DNA from: Alphaproteobacteria bacterium
GTDB taxonomy: Bacteria > Pseudomonadota > Alphaproteobacteria > VGDZ01
Length of the DNA stretch: 64,000 bases
Assembly: GCA_016869515.1 (NCBI GenBank)
Contig: VGDZ01000006.1
Location: 12,592-76,591 of the forward strand
Direction: 5' to 3'
Under the pieces are notes generated by a model. The model searched no databases and was not told the origin of the DNA. It saw only the letters and a list, made by a program, of their open reading frames with translations. Position numbers and translations under genes: made by a program. This document shows positions 44,010 to 52,918 of this stretch, piece by piece; positions within the stretch are counted from its first letter, which is position 1, and each line of letters begins with the position of its first letter.

Positions 44010-45007
44010 GCGATGGCGCGGGCAAAACTCTTGGGCTGAGCGTGGTGGTGCCGGTCTACAACGGCGCGGCCACGGTCGGCCGGCTGGTGGCGGCGCTCGA
44101 CTCGCTGCCGATCGAGCGCGGGCTCGAGATCGTGCTGGTCTACGACGGCAGTCCCGACGGCAGCCTGCAGGCCTGCAAGGACGCGGCCGAGCGCGCGCGC
44201 TGCCCGGTGACGGTGGTCGAGCACGCCCGCAATTTCGGCGAGCACAATGCGGTGATGAGCGGGCTGCGCCTCGCCCGCGGCGAATGGATCGTCACCATGG
44301 ACGACGACCTGCAGAACCCGCCCGAGGAAGTGACGCGGCTTTACGACTATGCCCGCATGTCGGGCAAGGACGTGATCTACACCTTCTACGCCGAGACCGA
44401 GCACGCCTGGTGGCGCGTCGCCGGCAGCCGCTTCGCCAATTGGATCGCCGACCAGGTGATCGACAAGCCGAAGGGGCTTTATCTCTGCTCGTTCCGCTGC
44501 ATGTCGGCCTTCGTCGCCCGCCAGGTGTGCGACTACCGCGGGCCGTTTCCCTATGTCGACGGGCTGATCTTCCAGGCGACGGAATCGGTCGGCACGCTCG
44601 AGGTGCGGCATCTGCCGCGCGCGGTCGGGCGCTCGAACTACACCCTCAAGCGCCTGGTCCGGCTGCTGACCAGCATCGCCGTCAACTTCTCGATCAAGCC
44701 GCTGCATCTGGCGACGCTGGCCGGGGCCGGGCTGTCGGCGCTGGGGGTGCTGGGGTTCCTGGTGGTGGTGCTGGAAGCGATCTTCTGGGAACCGCCGCCG
44801 GGCTGGGCGTCGTTGCTGGCGGCGACGCTGCTGCTGTCGGGCACGCAGCTTTTGCTGCTGGGGATCATCGGCGAATATCTCGGCCGGCTCTACCTGATCG
44901 CGTCGGGCAAGCCGCAGACCGTGGTGCGCAACGTCTTCTTGCCCAACGCAAAGCCTGCCGCCGAAGTCATCCGCCTGCCCGAGATCGACGGCCGCAAGGC
45001 CGGGTAG
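44006..45007 (+). CDS. GT2 polyprenyl-phosphate glycosyltransferase (ArnC/GtrB/DPM1-like) with C-terminal TM helices
   Basis: 333-aa protein: LSVVVPVYN...DDDLQNPPEE catalytic motifs plus two C-terminal TM helices. Start overlaps the methyltransferase stop. Confidence 0.85.
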   Translation: MSDGAGKTLGLSVVVPVYNGAATVGRLVAALDSLPIERGLEIVLVYDGSPDGSLQACKDAAERARCPVTVVEHARNFGEHNAVMSGLRLARGEWIVTMDDDLQNPPEEVTRLYDYARMSGKDVIYTFYAETEHAWWRVAGSRFANWIADQVIDKPKGLYLCSFRCMSAFVARQVCDYRGPFPYVDGLIFQATESVGTLEVRHLPRAVGRSNYTLKRLVRLLTSIAVNFSIKPLHLATLAGAGLSALGVLGFLVVVLEAIFWEPPPGWASLLAATLLLSGTQLLLLGIIGEYLGRLYLIASGKPQTVVRNVFLPNAKPAAEVIRLPEIDGRKAG

Positions 45008-45166
45008 GGGCGCGGCACCGGCGCGGCATCTTGCGGCCTGACCGCGCCGCCGCTTTACATCCTTGCCTTCGTCCCCTATGCAAGCGCCATGCTGCGCCGC
45101 GCGTCCCCGACCCCGACCAAGCCCGCCGCCCGAAAGCCGCGGTGGCTGGGGGTTTGCGCGCGCTGA

Positions 45167-46342
<1,176 letters not shown>

Positions 46343-46353
46343 GGCAGGGCGGC

Positions 46354-48360
46354 TCAGCCGATCCGGAAGCGATTGCGAAGGCCGAGGCCGATCAGGAACA
46401 GCAGGACGCCCGAGACGATCTGCTGCGACAGAACCCACAGGCGCATGCCGAAGGGAAGGTCCAAGTCGCCGTCGAAATCCCGCAGCCCCAGGTTCTTGGT
46501 GACGGTCTTGTAGCTTTCTCCCGCCGGCCCGGCGATCGGGACGGAATTGAGGAGGGCGAAATCGATCAGCGCCTCGGCTTTCTTGGCATTCTCGACATCG
46601 TGCGCGATCAACGGGCTGGGCGGGAATTGGCCGGCGCCATGAATGGCGATGCCCCCCACCGTAAGCAGGACGATCATGGTCGCTATTCGGTTTTCCCAAC
46701 TCCACTTGCCGCGCGTAAAGGGCGGCCGGCGGACGAATGGGACATACACCGCGACAAGGGACAGAGCCCACAACACGCCCCAGTGATCGAACATGGCGAT
46801 GTTTTTCGAGTCGTAAAATGCGGCAAAACCCAGGATAACGGCACCGAGCCATAGCATCGGCCGCATCACCGACCGTCCGCAATCCGAAAGCAGCCAATAA
46901 ATGCCCAGCATGAAACTGGACGCGATCAGCGCGCCATGGCGCCCGCTGGCATGGAACGCCCCGCGCTCGGCGTGCTTTTCCAGCACGAACAGATCGCGCG
47001 CCGTATCGTGCGCCGCGTTCGTTTCCATGATCGCCCGCAGGCGCCGGATGCGGGTCAGTTTCAAACTGTCCTTGGTCCAGTCGATCCGCATGCCCTTGGG
47101 AATGAACCAGGGCAGATCTTTGGCCGGGTCCCTTGCCCGAAACGTGGTCCCGACCATGTCGATGCGGTGAAGATTCTCGGCATCGCCGAACTCGGGCGGC
47201 TGCTTGAACACCGCATCGCGAAAACTCAACGCGCCGTTCAGTTTCCTGCCGCTGAAATTGATCGTCCCGTTGAATCGGGCGCCAGTGAAATCCATGTCGG
47301 GCAGCGTGCGATACGATTCGGAATCCTCACGCCGCATGATCTCTTTTTCCCATGCGTCGTTGCCAGTGGGATTTTCCCGGCGCATGTTCTCGACAAATTG
47401 CTTCCACTCCGATTCGGTCCAGCCGCGAAACTGGCAATTGTGAAATTCGGCGGAATTGAATCGGGCAAAACCAAGAAATATGGTTCCGGAGAAATCGGCG
47501 TAGTCGCCGAACCGCGCGCCGGAGAGATCGGCTCCATTGCCGAACCGCGCGCCGGAGAGATCGGCGAGATTGCCGAACTTCGCGCCGGAGAGATTGGCCC
47601 GTAAGTCGAATTGCGCGCCGGAGAGATTGGCGCTGTCACCGAACCGCGCGCTGGAGAGACCGGCCCTAAAGCCGAACCACGCGCCGGAGAGATTGGCTCT
47701 TTCGCCGAACTGCGCGCCGGAGAGATCGGCGAAATTGCCGAACTTCGCGCAGGAGAGATTGGCGTCGTCACCGAACTGCGCACCGGAGAGATCGGCACCG
47801 TCACCGAACTGCGCGCCGGAGAGATTGGCACTATAGCTGAACCGCGCGCCGGAGAGATCGGCCTCATGGCCGAACTGCGCGCCGGAGAGATTGGCCGCAA
47901 AGCCGAACTGTGCGCCGGAGAGATTGGCCCATACGCCGAACTGTGCGCCGGAGAGATTGGCCGCAAAGCCGAACTGTGCGCCGCGGAAACGGATTGCCTC
48001 ATTCTCGGTCCGTCGAAAATCGACACTAGATAGATTGACCGGTTTGAATAGAGCGAGGCGGGCGGCCTCGTCGCTGCTTTCCAGACCGAAGTGCTCGCTC
48101 TTATGCAGGATGTCGGAAAGTCGGGTGTTTTTTGCCAGGGCGGCTTCGATTATTGGTAGCGCTTCGTCATCCGTAAGTTTTCGCCACTTGCGGCCCGCTC
48201 TTATTAGGCTCGTATCTTCGATCTCCTGTCTGGCTTGCTCCGTCCCCTTCATCCACTCGTTCCACGTCTCCACCCCCAGCCGCGCCAAAGCGAGCCAGAG
48301 TTTTTGCGGCATCTGGTCGCTGGTGTCCTGGTCCGGGGGCGGCGGGGCGGGCGCGCTCAT
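46354..48360 (-). CDS. pentapeptide-repeat protein with C-terminal multi-TM domain
   Basis: 668-aa protein. N-terminal ~110-aa domain, then ~17 near-identical 10-residue units (A[ND]LSGA[QR]FGx, two pentapeptide coils each), a ~200-aa linker, then ~5 TM helices. Visibly lower GC than its surroundings. Confidence 0.85.
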   Translation of the reverse strand: MSAPAPPPPDQDTSDQMPQKLWLALARLGVETWNEWMKGTEQARQEIEDTSLIRAGRKWRKLTDDEALPIIEAALAKNTRLSDILHKSEHFGLESSDEAARLALFKPVNLSSVDFRRTENEAIRFRGAQFGFAANLSGAQFGVWANLSGAQFGFAANLSGAQFGHEADLSGARFSYSANLSGAQFGDGADLSGAQFGDDANLSCAKFGNFADLSGAQFGERANLSGAWFGFRAGLSSARFGDSANLSGAQFDLRANLSGAKFGNLADLSGARFGNGADLSGARFGDYADFSGTIFLGFARFNSAEFHNCQFRGWTESEWKQFVENMRRENPTGNDAWEKEIMRREDSESYRTLPDMDFTGARFNGTINFSGRKLNGALSFRDAVFKQPPEFGDAENLHRIDMVGTTFRARDPAKDLPWFIPKGMRIDWTKDSLKLTRIRRLRAIMETNAAHDTARDLFVLEKHAERGAFHASGRHGALIASSFMLGIYWLLSDCGRSVMRPMLWLGAVILGFAAFYDSKNIAMFDHWGVLWALSLVAVYVPFVRRPPFTRGKWSWENRIATMIVLLTVGGIAIHGAGQFPPSPLIAHDVENAKKAEALIDFALLNSVPIAGPAGESYKTVTKNLGLRDFDGDLDLPFGMRLWVLSQQIVSGVLLFLIGLGLRNRFRIG
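47497..47990. repeat. tandem 30-bp direct repeat array (about 16 units) inside the pentapeptide-repeat CDS
   Basis: Plus-strand consensus GCCGAACTGCGCGCCGGAGAGATTGGCnnn repeated head-to-tail at high identity. Coordinates approximate. Confidence 0.8.
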
Positions 48361-48454
48361 GGCGCCATTTCAAGCCGCGCAACCTATGCGCGCAAGAAGA
48401 ATCTGGCAGCTATGCGCCGACCGGCGGACCCGGCTTTCGGGCGACGGGGCTAGG

Positions 48455-48585
48455 CCGCGATCGATTCATAGGAAATCGCGGCCGCGATTCCCTATGAACC
48501 GTGAATCGCGGTCCGGAGCGGGATGCGAGGGCATGATCCGCGATCGGTCTTGAACCCAGTCGTCCAAGGCCGATCAATCATGCCC
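48455..48585. repeat. MITE/REP-like repeat, copy D (copy-B orientation)
   Basis: GATTCATAGGAAATCGCGGCCGCGATTCCCTATGAACCGTGAATCGCGGTCC...GAGGGCATGATCCGCGATCGGTCTTGAAC. It overlaps the 3' end of vapC. Confidence 0.8.
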
Positions 48586-48994
48586 AAGGATCGATCACCG
48601 CGATGCCGCAGCCGGTGTAGTCGGCGGCGTTGCGGGTGGCGACCGCGGCGGCATGGGCGCGGGCGATGGCGGCGATCTGGCAGTCGATCTGGCCGATCGG
48701 CCGACCGGCGGCGCGGCGCCCGGCGGCGATGACGGCATAGGCGCGCGCGGCGGCGCGGTCGAAGGGCAGGATGCGGTCGCGGAAATCCTGTTCCAGCATG
48801 GCCTCGATCGCCTCGGCCAATGCGCGGCGCCTGCGGCCCGCCGGCAGGATGGCGACGCCATGGCGCAATTCGACCTCGCTGAGCGTCGTCAGCCAGATCG
48901 CGTCCCCGTCCTGGGCCGAAAGCCAGGCCGCGACCGGGGGCGCCGGCGCCGGCCGGAGCATTTCCGAGACCACATTGGTATCCAGCACGATCAT
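48578..48994 (-). CDS. vapC: type II toxin VapC (PIN domain ribonuclease)
   Basis: 138 aa from the internal Met (MIVLDTNVVSE...). PIN acidic residues present. Overlaps vapB by 4 nt. Confidence 0.85.
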   Translation of the reverse strand: MIVLDTNVVSEMLRPAPAPPVAAWLSAQDGDAIWLTTLSEVELRHGVAILPAGRRRRALAEAIEAMLEQDFRDRILPFDRAAARAYAVIAAGRRAAGRPIGQIDCQIAAIARAHAAAVATRNAADYTGCGIAVIDPWA

Positions 48995-49245
48995 CGCCGC
49001 CGGCCCTTGAACCGGGGCGGGGCGCGCATCGGCGCGCGCGCCGGCAGCTCCAACTCGACTCCGCCCAAGGGCGCGATGCGGGCACGGATCGCCGCCGCCA
49101 AATCGCGCGGGGCCGCGCCCCGCCCGACGGCGCGGCGAAGGATTTCGCGGGCTTCCTCTTCCATCGAGCGGCCGCATTCGGCCGCCCGCACCCTCAGGCG
49201 CCGCTTCAGCCCGTCGTCAAGATTGCGGATGGTGATGCTGGCCAT
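48991..49245 (-). CDS. vapB: type II antitoxin VapB (FitA/ribbon-helix-helix-like)
   Basis: 84 aa from the internal Met (MASITIRNLDDGLKRRLRVRAAE...). The classic antitoxin-before-toxin pair. Confidence 0.75.
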   Translation of the reverse strand: MASITIRNLDDGLKRRLRVRAAECGRSMEEEAREILRRAVGRGAAPRDLAAAIRARIAPLGGVELELPARAPMRAPPRFKGRRR

Positions 49246-49367
49246 GGCGACGCTCCCGATCTCAGCGCATTTTAAGCATTGATGGCATTGCAATCAATGC
49301 AATCGAAACGGCGCCGTCACCGCGCCGCGTCGATCGGCCGGCGGGAAGCTGGGCGGCGCGAAGCCGG

Positions 49368-49748
49368 TCAGCGCCGGCGCGGGGCGAGGTCGTCGAGCGC
49401 GACCCCGAGCGCGCGAGCCAGGGCGGCGAGGGCGCGCATCGATCCGGGCTTTTTGCCGGTCTCGATCTCGGACAGATAGGTGGGCGCGATCTTGGCCTTG
49501 GCGGCAAGCACCCGGGCCGACAGCTTGCGCCGCTGCCGCCACAGCCGGACCGGGCTTTCGCCCGCCGCCAGGCGCTTCACCATCTGCCACGGCAGGAACT
49601 CGGTCTCGCCGGCGGCAAGGCGCGCATCCAGCGCCCGGACATCGGCCCGGTCGCGCGCTTCGTCCAGCGCCTCGATCAGCGCCTCGTAATCGTCCCGCGC
49701 CAGGGTCACGGTCTTGGCGGTGCGGGCCAGCGGCCGGATGGCGTTCAT
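49368..49748 (-). CDS. XRE-family HTH antitoxin (HigA-like)
   Basis: 126 aa from the internal Met. HTH reads LSARVLAAKAKIAPTYLSEIETGKK. Located downstream of, and overlapping, a RelE/ParE toxin gene. Confidence 0.75.
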   Translation of the reverse strand: MNAIRPLARTAKTVTLARDDYEALIEALDEARDRADVRALDARLAAGETEFLPWQMVKRLAAGESPVRLWRQRRKLSARVLAAKAKIAPTYLSEIETGKKPGSMRALAALARALGVALDDLAPRRR

Positions 49749-50002
49749 CGATAAGCCTCCCCGCGCGGAGCGATCTTGAGCACCCGCAACGTGGCGCTCG
49801 ATCGCTCGATCCGATAGATCGCCCGCCAATCGCCCAACCGCAAGCGATAGCAGTCCTTCATGCCGGCCATCGGCGCGACATTGGCGTGCAGGGCGAAAGG
49901 CGCTTCGGCGATGGCTTCGAGACGTCGCATCATGCTGGCCTGCATCTTGGGCGGCAGATCGAGCAGCCGCCTCGCGGCCGCGCGTTCGATCTCCAATTGC
50001 AT
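49745..50002 (-). CDS. RelE/ParE-family toxin (HigB-like; the toxin gene precedes its antitoxin)
   Basis: 85-aa protein with ...KDCYRLRLGDWRAIYRIE...LRVLKIAPRGEAY, as in RelE/ParE cores. Confidence 0.75.
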   Translation of the reverse strand: MQLEIERAAARRLLDLPPKMQASMMRRLEAIAEAPFALHANVAPMAGMKDCYRLRLGDWRAIYRIERSSATLRVLKIAPRGEAYR

Positions 50003-50246
50003 GATCCATATTCGCCGATAGCGAAGCCGATGTCACCTGCCAAGAAAGCGGGGCCTGCGGCCGCTTTCGGCGGAAAGCGGGGTAGAGGCAGGTTCGGGTA
50101 TCGCGTCAGCCCGCCGCGCGCGCGGTCATTGATGCGGGTTGCCCTGCGTGCCCGCTCGGTCGCGCGGGCTCATTTCCCTGCACAAATCGCCGCCGGGCTG
50201 GGCGATAATCCCGTCCACCTCGTCGCAGCCTTCGCAAGGAGCCCCC

Positions 50247-50708
50247 ATGTCCGCCGAATCGAAGCTCAAGCAGCTCGGCATCGTCCTGCCTTCCGTTCCG
50301 ACGCCGGTCGCGAATTACGTCCCCTTCCGCATCCACGGCAACACGCTCTATCTCTCGGGCCAGGGGCCGCGCACGCCCGAGGGCGGCTTCAAGACCGGCG
50401 TGGTCGGCCGCGACGTCGACGTCGCCACCGCCTATCAGCACGCGCGCGGCGTCGGGCTTGGCCTGCTGGCGGCGGCGCGCAGCGCGCTGGGCAGTCTCGA
50501 TCGGGTCGATTACGTGGTGAAGCTGTTGGGCATGGTCAACGGCGCGCCCGGCTTCGGCGACCAGCCCAAGGTCATCAACGGCTGTTCGGATTTGCTGGTC
50601 GAGGTGTTCGGCGATGCCGGGCGGCATGCGCGCTCGGCCGTCGGCATGGGCAGCCTGCCCAACAACATCACGGTCGAGATCGAGGCCATCCTCGCCATCA
50701 AGAGCTGA
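50247..50708 (+). CDS. ridA: RidA/YjgF-family reactive-intermediate deaminase
   Basis: 153 aa from the internal ATG (AAGGAG RBS). YjgF/chorismate-mutase-like fold motifs. Confidence 0.85.
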   Translation: MSAESKLKQLGIVLPSVPTPVANYVPFRIHGNTLYLSGQGPRTPEGGFKTGVVGRDVDVATAYQHARGVGLGLLAAARSALGSLDRVDYVVKLLGMVNGAPGFGDQPKVINGCSDLLVEVFGDAGRHARSAVGMGSLPNNITVEIEAILAIKS

Positions 50709-50810
50709 GCGGCCGGCCAGACGCCGGGCGCCCGCCCTGCCGATGCGCCGGCCCGGCCCGGCTGGCGGTCGGGTCGGCGGTGCGGCGGTGCGGCGGCTCA
50801 AGGCGTGGTC

Positions 50811-50839
50811 TTGACAAATACCCCCAAAGACGCCATATT
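50811..50839 (+). promoter_or_regulatory. sigma70-like promoter (TTGACA, 17-nt spacer, CATATT)
   Basis: Perfect -35 hexamer with a 17-nt spacer and a 4/6 -10 hexamer. No convincing ORF follows for ~600 nt. Confidence 0.35.
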
Positions 50840-51450
50840 GTTCTCTCCAATCCATGCTCGCGGCGCCGGCTGCGGGCGTGGATTCGCTGATGGACATGTG
50901 AACGCAGTCGCCAGGGGACCGAGCGTGGCCGGAACCACCGGCCGCTCGCTCGATTCCATATATCAATCCGCGTTGACCGTGACCGGTCAACGCGCCCTCA
51001 GGTGCCGGGCGGGCGCATCCGCGCCCTTGGCTTACGCGCCATAAGGCGCGCGGCCTCAATGGCCGTTTCAAAGGCCGTTCCAAGCTGCGCTGAGCAAGGC
51101 TCATCGCAGCTTGGCATTGTCCTTATGTTGTCTGGACGTTGCCCCGCGGCCGGTCGGGGGCTGAAGGTTAACGCGGGCTGCGCGCAAATCGCGCCCGGAA
51201 TCGGGTCAATGGTCGATTACCCTGTGAAATCAAGGCACTAGCCCAAAACAACTTGGCCATTTGCGCGTATTTGCGCGCCCAATTGGCTCGACTCCGCGCT
51301 TTTGGTGACCGGGTCCGCGCCGCTCCGGCGCCAACTGGCTCCGGCGCGCCCAAATGCGCGCCGCTCTCCACTCTCCTGCGCCAATTTAGGCGCCGACGCG
51401 CCCGAATGCGCGCCTTGCCGCATCAGTTCCGGAGGCTTAGGTTCGCGACC

Positions 51451-51960
51451 ATGACCCGATCCGGCGCGTTGCCCCTTGCCGGGGCGCTGTTGGCGCTCGG
51501 TCTGGGCCTGGGGGCCTGCGCCGACCAGGCCGGGCCGACCGACAGCGCGGCTTCGATGGTCGAGACCGCCGCGCCCAATCTTCTGGGCCAGATCGAGGTG
51601 CGGCCCGGTGCGCGCATCGGCGTGATCTACATCGCCGCCGACAATTGCCCGCCTTGCACCGCCTGGGAGCGCGATATCGGCCGGCGCTCCAAATCCGCCT
51701 TCCTGGCCGAGAACCGGGCCTTGCGGATCGAATGGACCGAGATCCGCGCCCGCAGCTTCGGTCGCACCAATTTGGATGCCGATTGGCCGCCGGAATGGCG
51801 CTTCGTGCGCGAGCGCACCAATGTCCGCAGCGGCACGCCGCGCTATCTCACCTTGGTCGACGGCAAGGTGGTGGCCAACACGCTCGGCACCTACGACTTC
51901 CACGACCGCACTTTGCTGCTGCTGCGCCAGCTCGCCGCCCGCCGCGACGCGCGGAGCTGA
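51451..51960 (+). CDS. lipoprotein with CPPC (thioredoxin-like CxxC) motif, hypothetical
   Basis: 169 aa from the internal Met. Lipobox LGLGAC. Sequence IAADNCPPCTAWERD. Confidence 0.55.
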   Translation: MTRSGALPLAGALLALGLGLGACADQAGPTDSAASMVETAAPNLLGQIEVRPGARIGVIYIAADNCPPCTAWERDIGRRSKSAFLAENRALRIEWTEIRARSFGRTNLDADWPPEWRFVRERTNVRSGTPRYLTLVDGKVVANTLGTYDFHDRTLLLLRQLAARRDARS

Positions 51961-51969
51961 GGCAGGCGG

Positions 51970-52677
51970 CTATTTCCAGCACCACAGCTCGCGGATGAAC
52001 TGGAGATAATAGGCCGCGCCCCAGCGGATCACTTGCAGCTTGCGCGTGCCGCCGCCGACGCGCGGCGGTTCGTCGAAGGCGAGTTCGGTCACCTTGAGCT
52101 TGCGCTTGGCCGCCCGCACCGACAGCAGCGGCTCGATGCCCATGGTGGTGAAGCAGATCCGCTCGTAGGGGACGTAGCTTTCTTCGCGGTGCAGGTCGAG
52201 ATCGAAGAAAATCTGCTTGCGATAGCCGCGCAGGATGACCATAGCGTCGGTGTAATTGCCGCCATGCAGCCGATTGACGGTTCCGGTGAACAGCCAGTTG
52301 CCGAAGCCGGTCACCAGGTCGTCGTCCTGGCTCTTGGCCGGCGGCAGGTAGCGCGAGGCGATGACCATGTCCCAGCCCTCGCGCAATTTGGCGGCCATGG
52401 CCGGGATCGACTCGACCAGGCTGTTGCCGTCGGGGCTGAAGGTGATCATGGCATCGCCGGTAATATGCTCCATCGCCTCGATGTAGCCGTGGCGGATGCC
52501 GCGGCGCTTCTGACGCATGACTTGGTAGCCGTTGGCTTCGCACCACTCGATGCTGCCGTCGGTCGAACCGCCATCGACGATCAGGATCTGGTTGACCCAG
52601 TCGCGGCCGATGGTCGGCATGATCTGTCTCAACCCGTTGACCTCGTTGAGCACAAGAACGACCAGCGAGATTTTCAT
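51970..52677 (-). CDS. GT2 glycosyltransferase (DPM1-like, soluble form)
   Basis: 235-aa protein with LSLVVLVLNE...DGGSTDGS...ASRY motifs. Confidence 0.8.
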   Translation of the reverse strand: MKISLVVLVLNEVNGLRQIMPTIGRDWVNQILIVDGGSTDGSIEWCEANGYQVMRQKRRGIRHGYIEAMEHITGDAMITFSPDGNSLVESIPAMAAKLREGWDMVIASRYLPPAKSQDDDLVTGFGNWLFTGTVNRLHGGNYTDAMVILRGYRKQIFFDLDLHREESYVPYERICFTTMGIEPLLSVRAAKRKLKVTELAFDEPPRVGGGTRKLQVIRWGAAYYLQFIRELWCWK

Positions 52678-52794
52678 GGCGAGCGATCTGAGTCCGGAAG
52701 GCGCGGCGCAGAAATCGGGCCGCGAAGGTGGACGGCCTCAATAGACCAACTCGGCGGCATCGGCAAAGCCAAAATGCGAGGCGGCGCTGGCCTA

Positions 52795-52898
52795 GGGGAT
52801 GTTCGATCGGTATTGAACCATAGGGCCCAAGACAGATCGTGAATCATGCCCTCTTGTCCCGCTCTGGACCGCGACTACCTATGAACCGATTGCGGTCC
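52795..52898. repeat. MITE/REP-like repeat, copy E (degenerate)
   Basis: TTGAACCATAGGGCCCAAGACAGATCGTGAATCATGCCCTC...CTGGACCGCGACTACCTATGAACCGATTGCGGTCC. Confidence 0.7.
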
Positions 52899-52918
52899 AG
52901 CCCCCTGACTCGATCGGT

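Noticed and set aside
50805-51044. 79-aa ORF downstream of the strong promoter
   Set aside because: No RBS, and an Ala/Gly/Arg-rich translation with a stop shortly after an alternative tiny ORF. It is treated as a non-coding leader or sRNA candidate instead.
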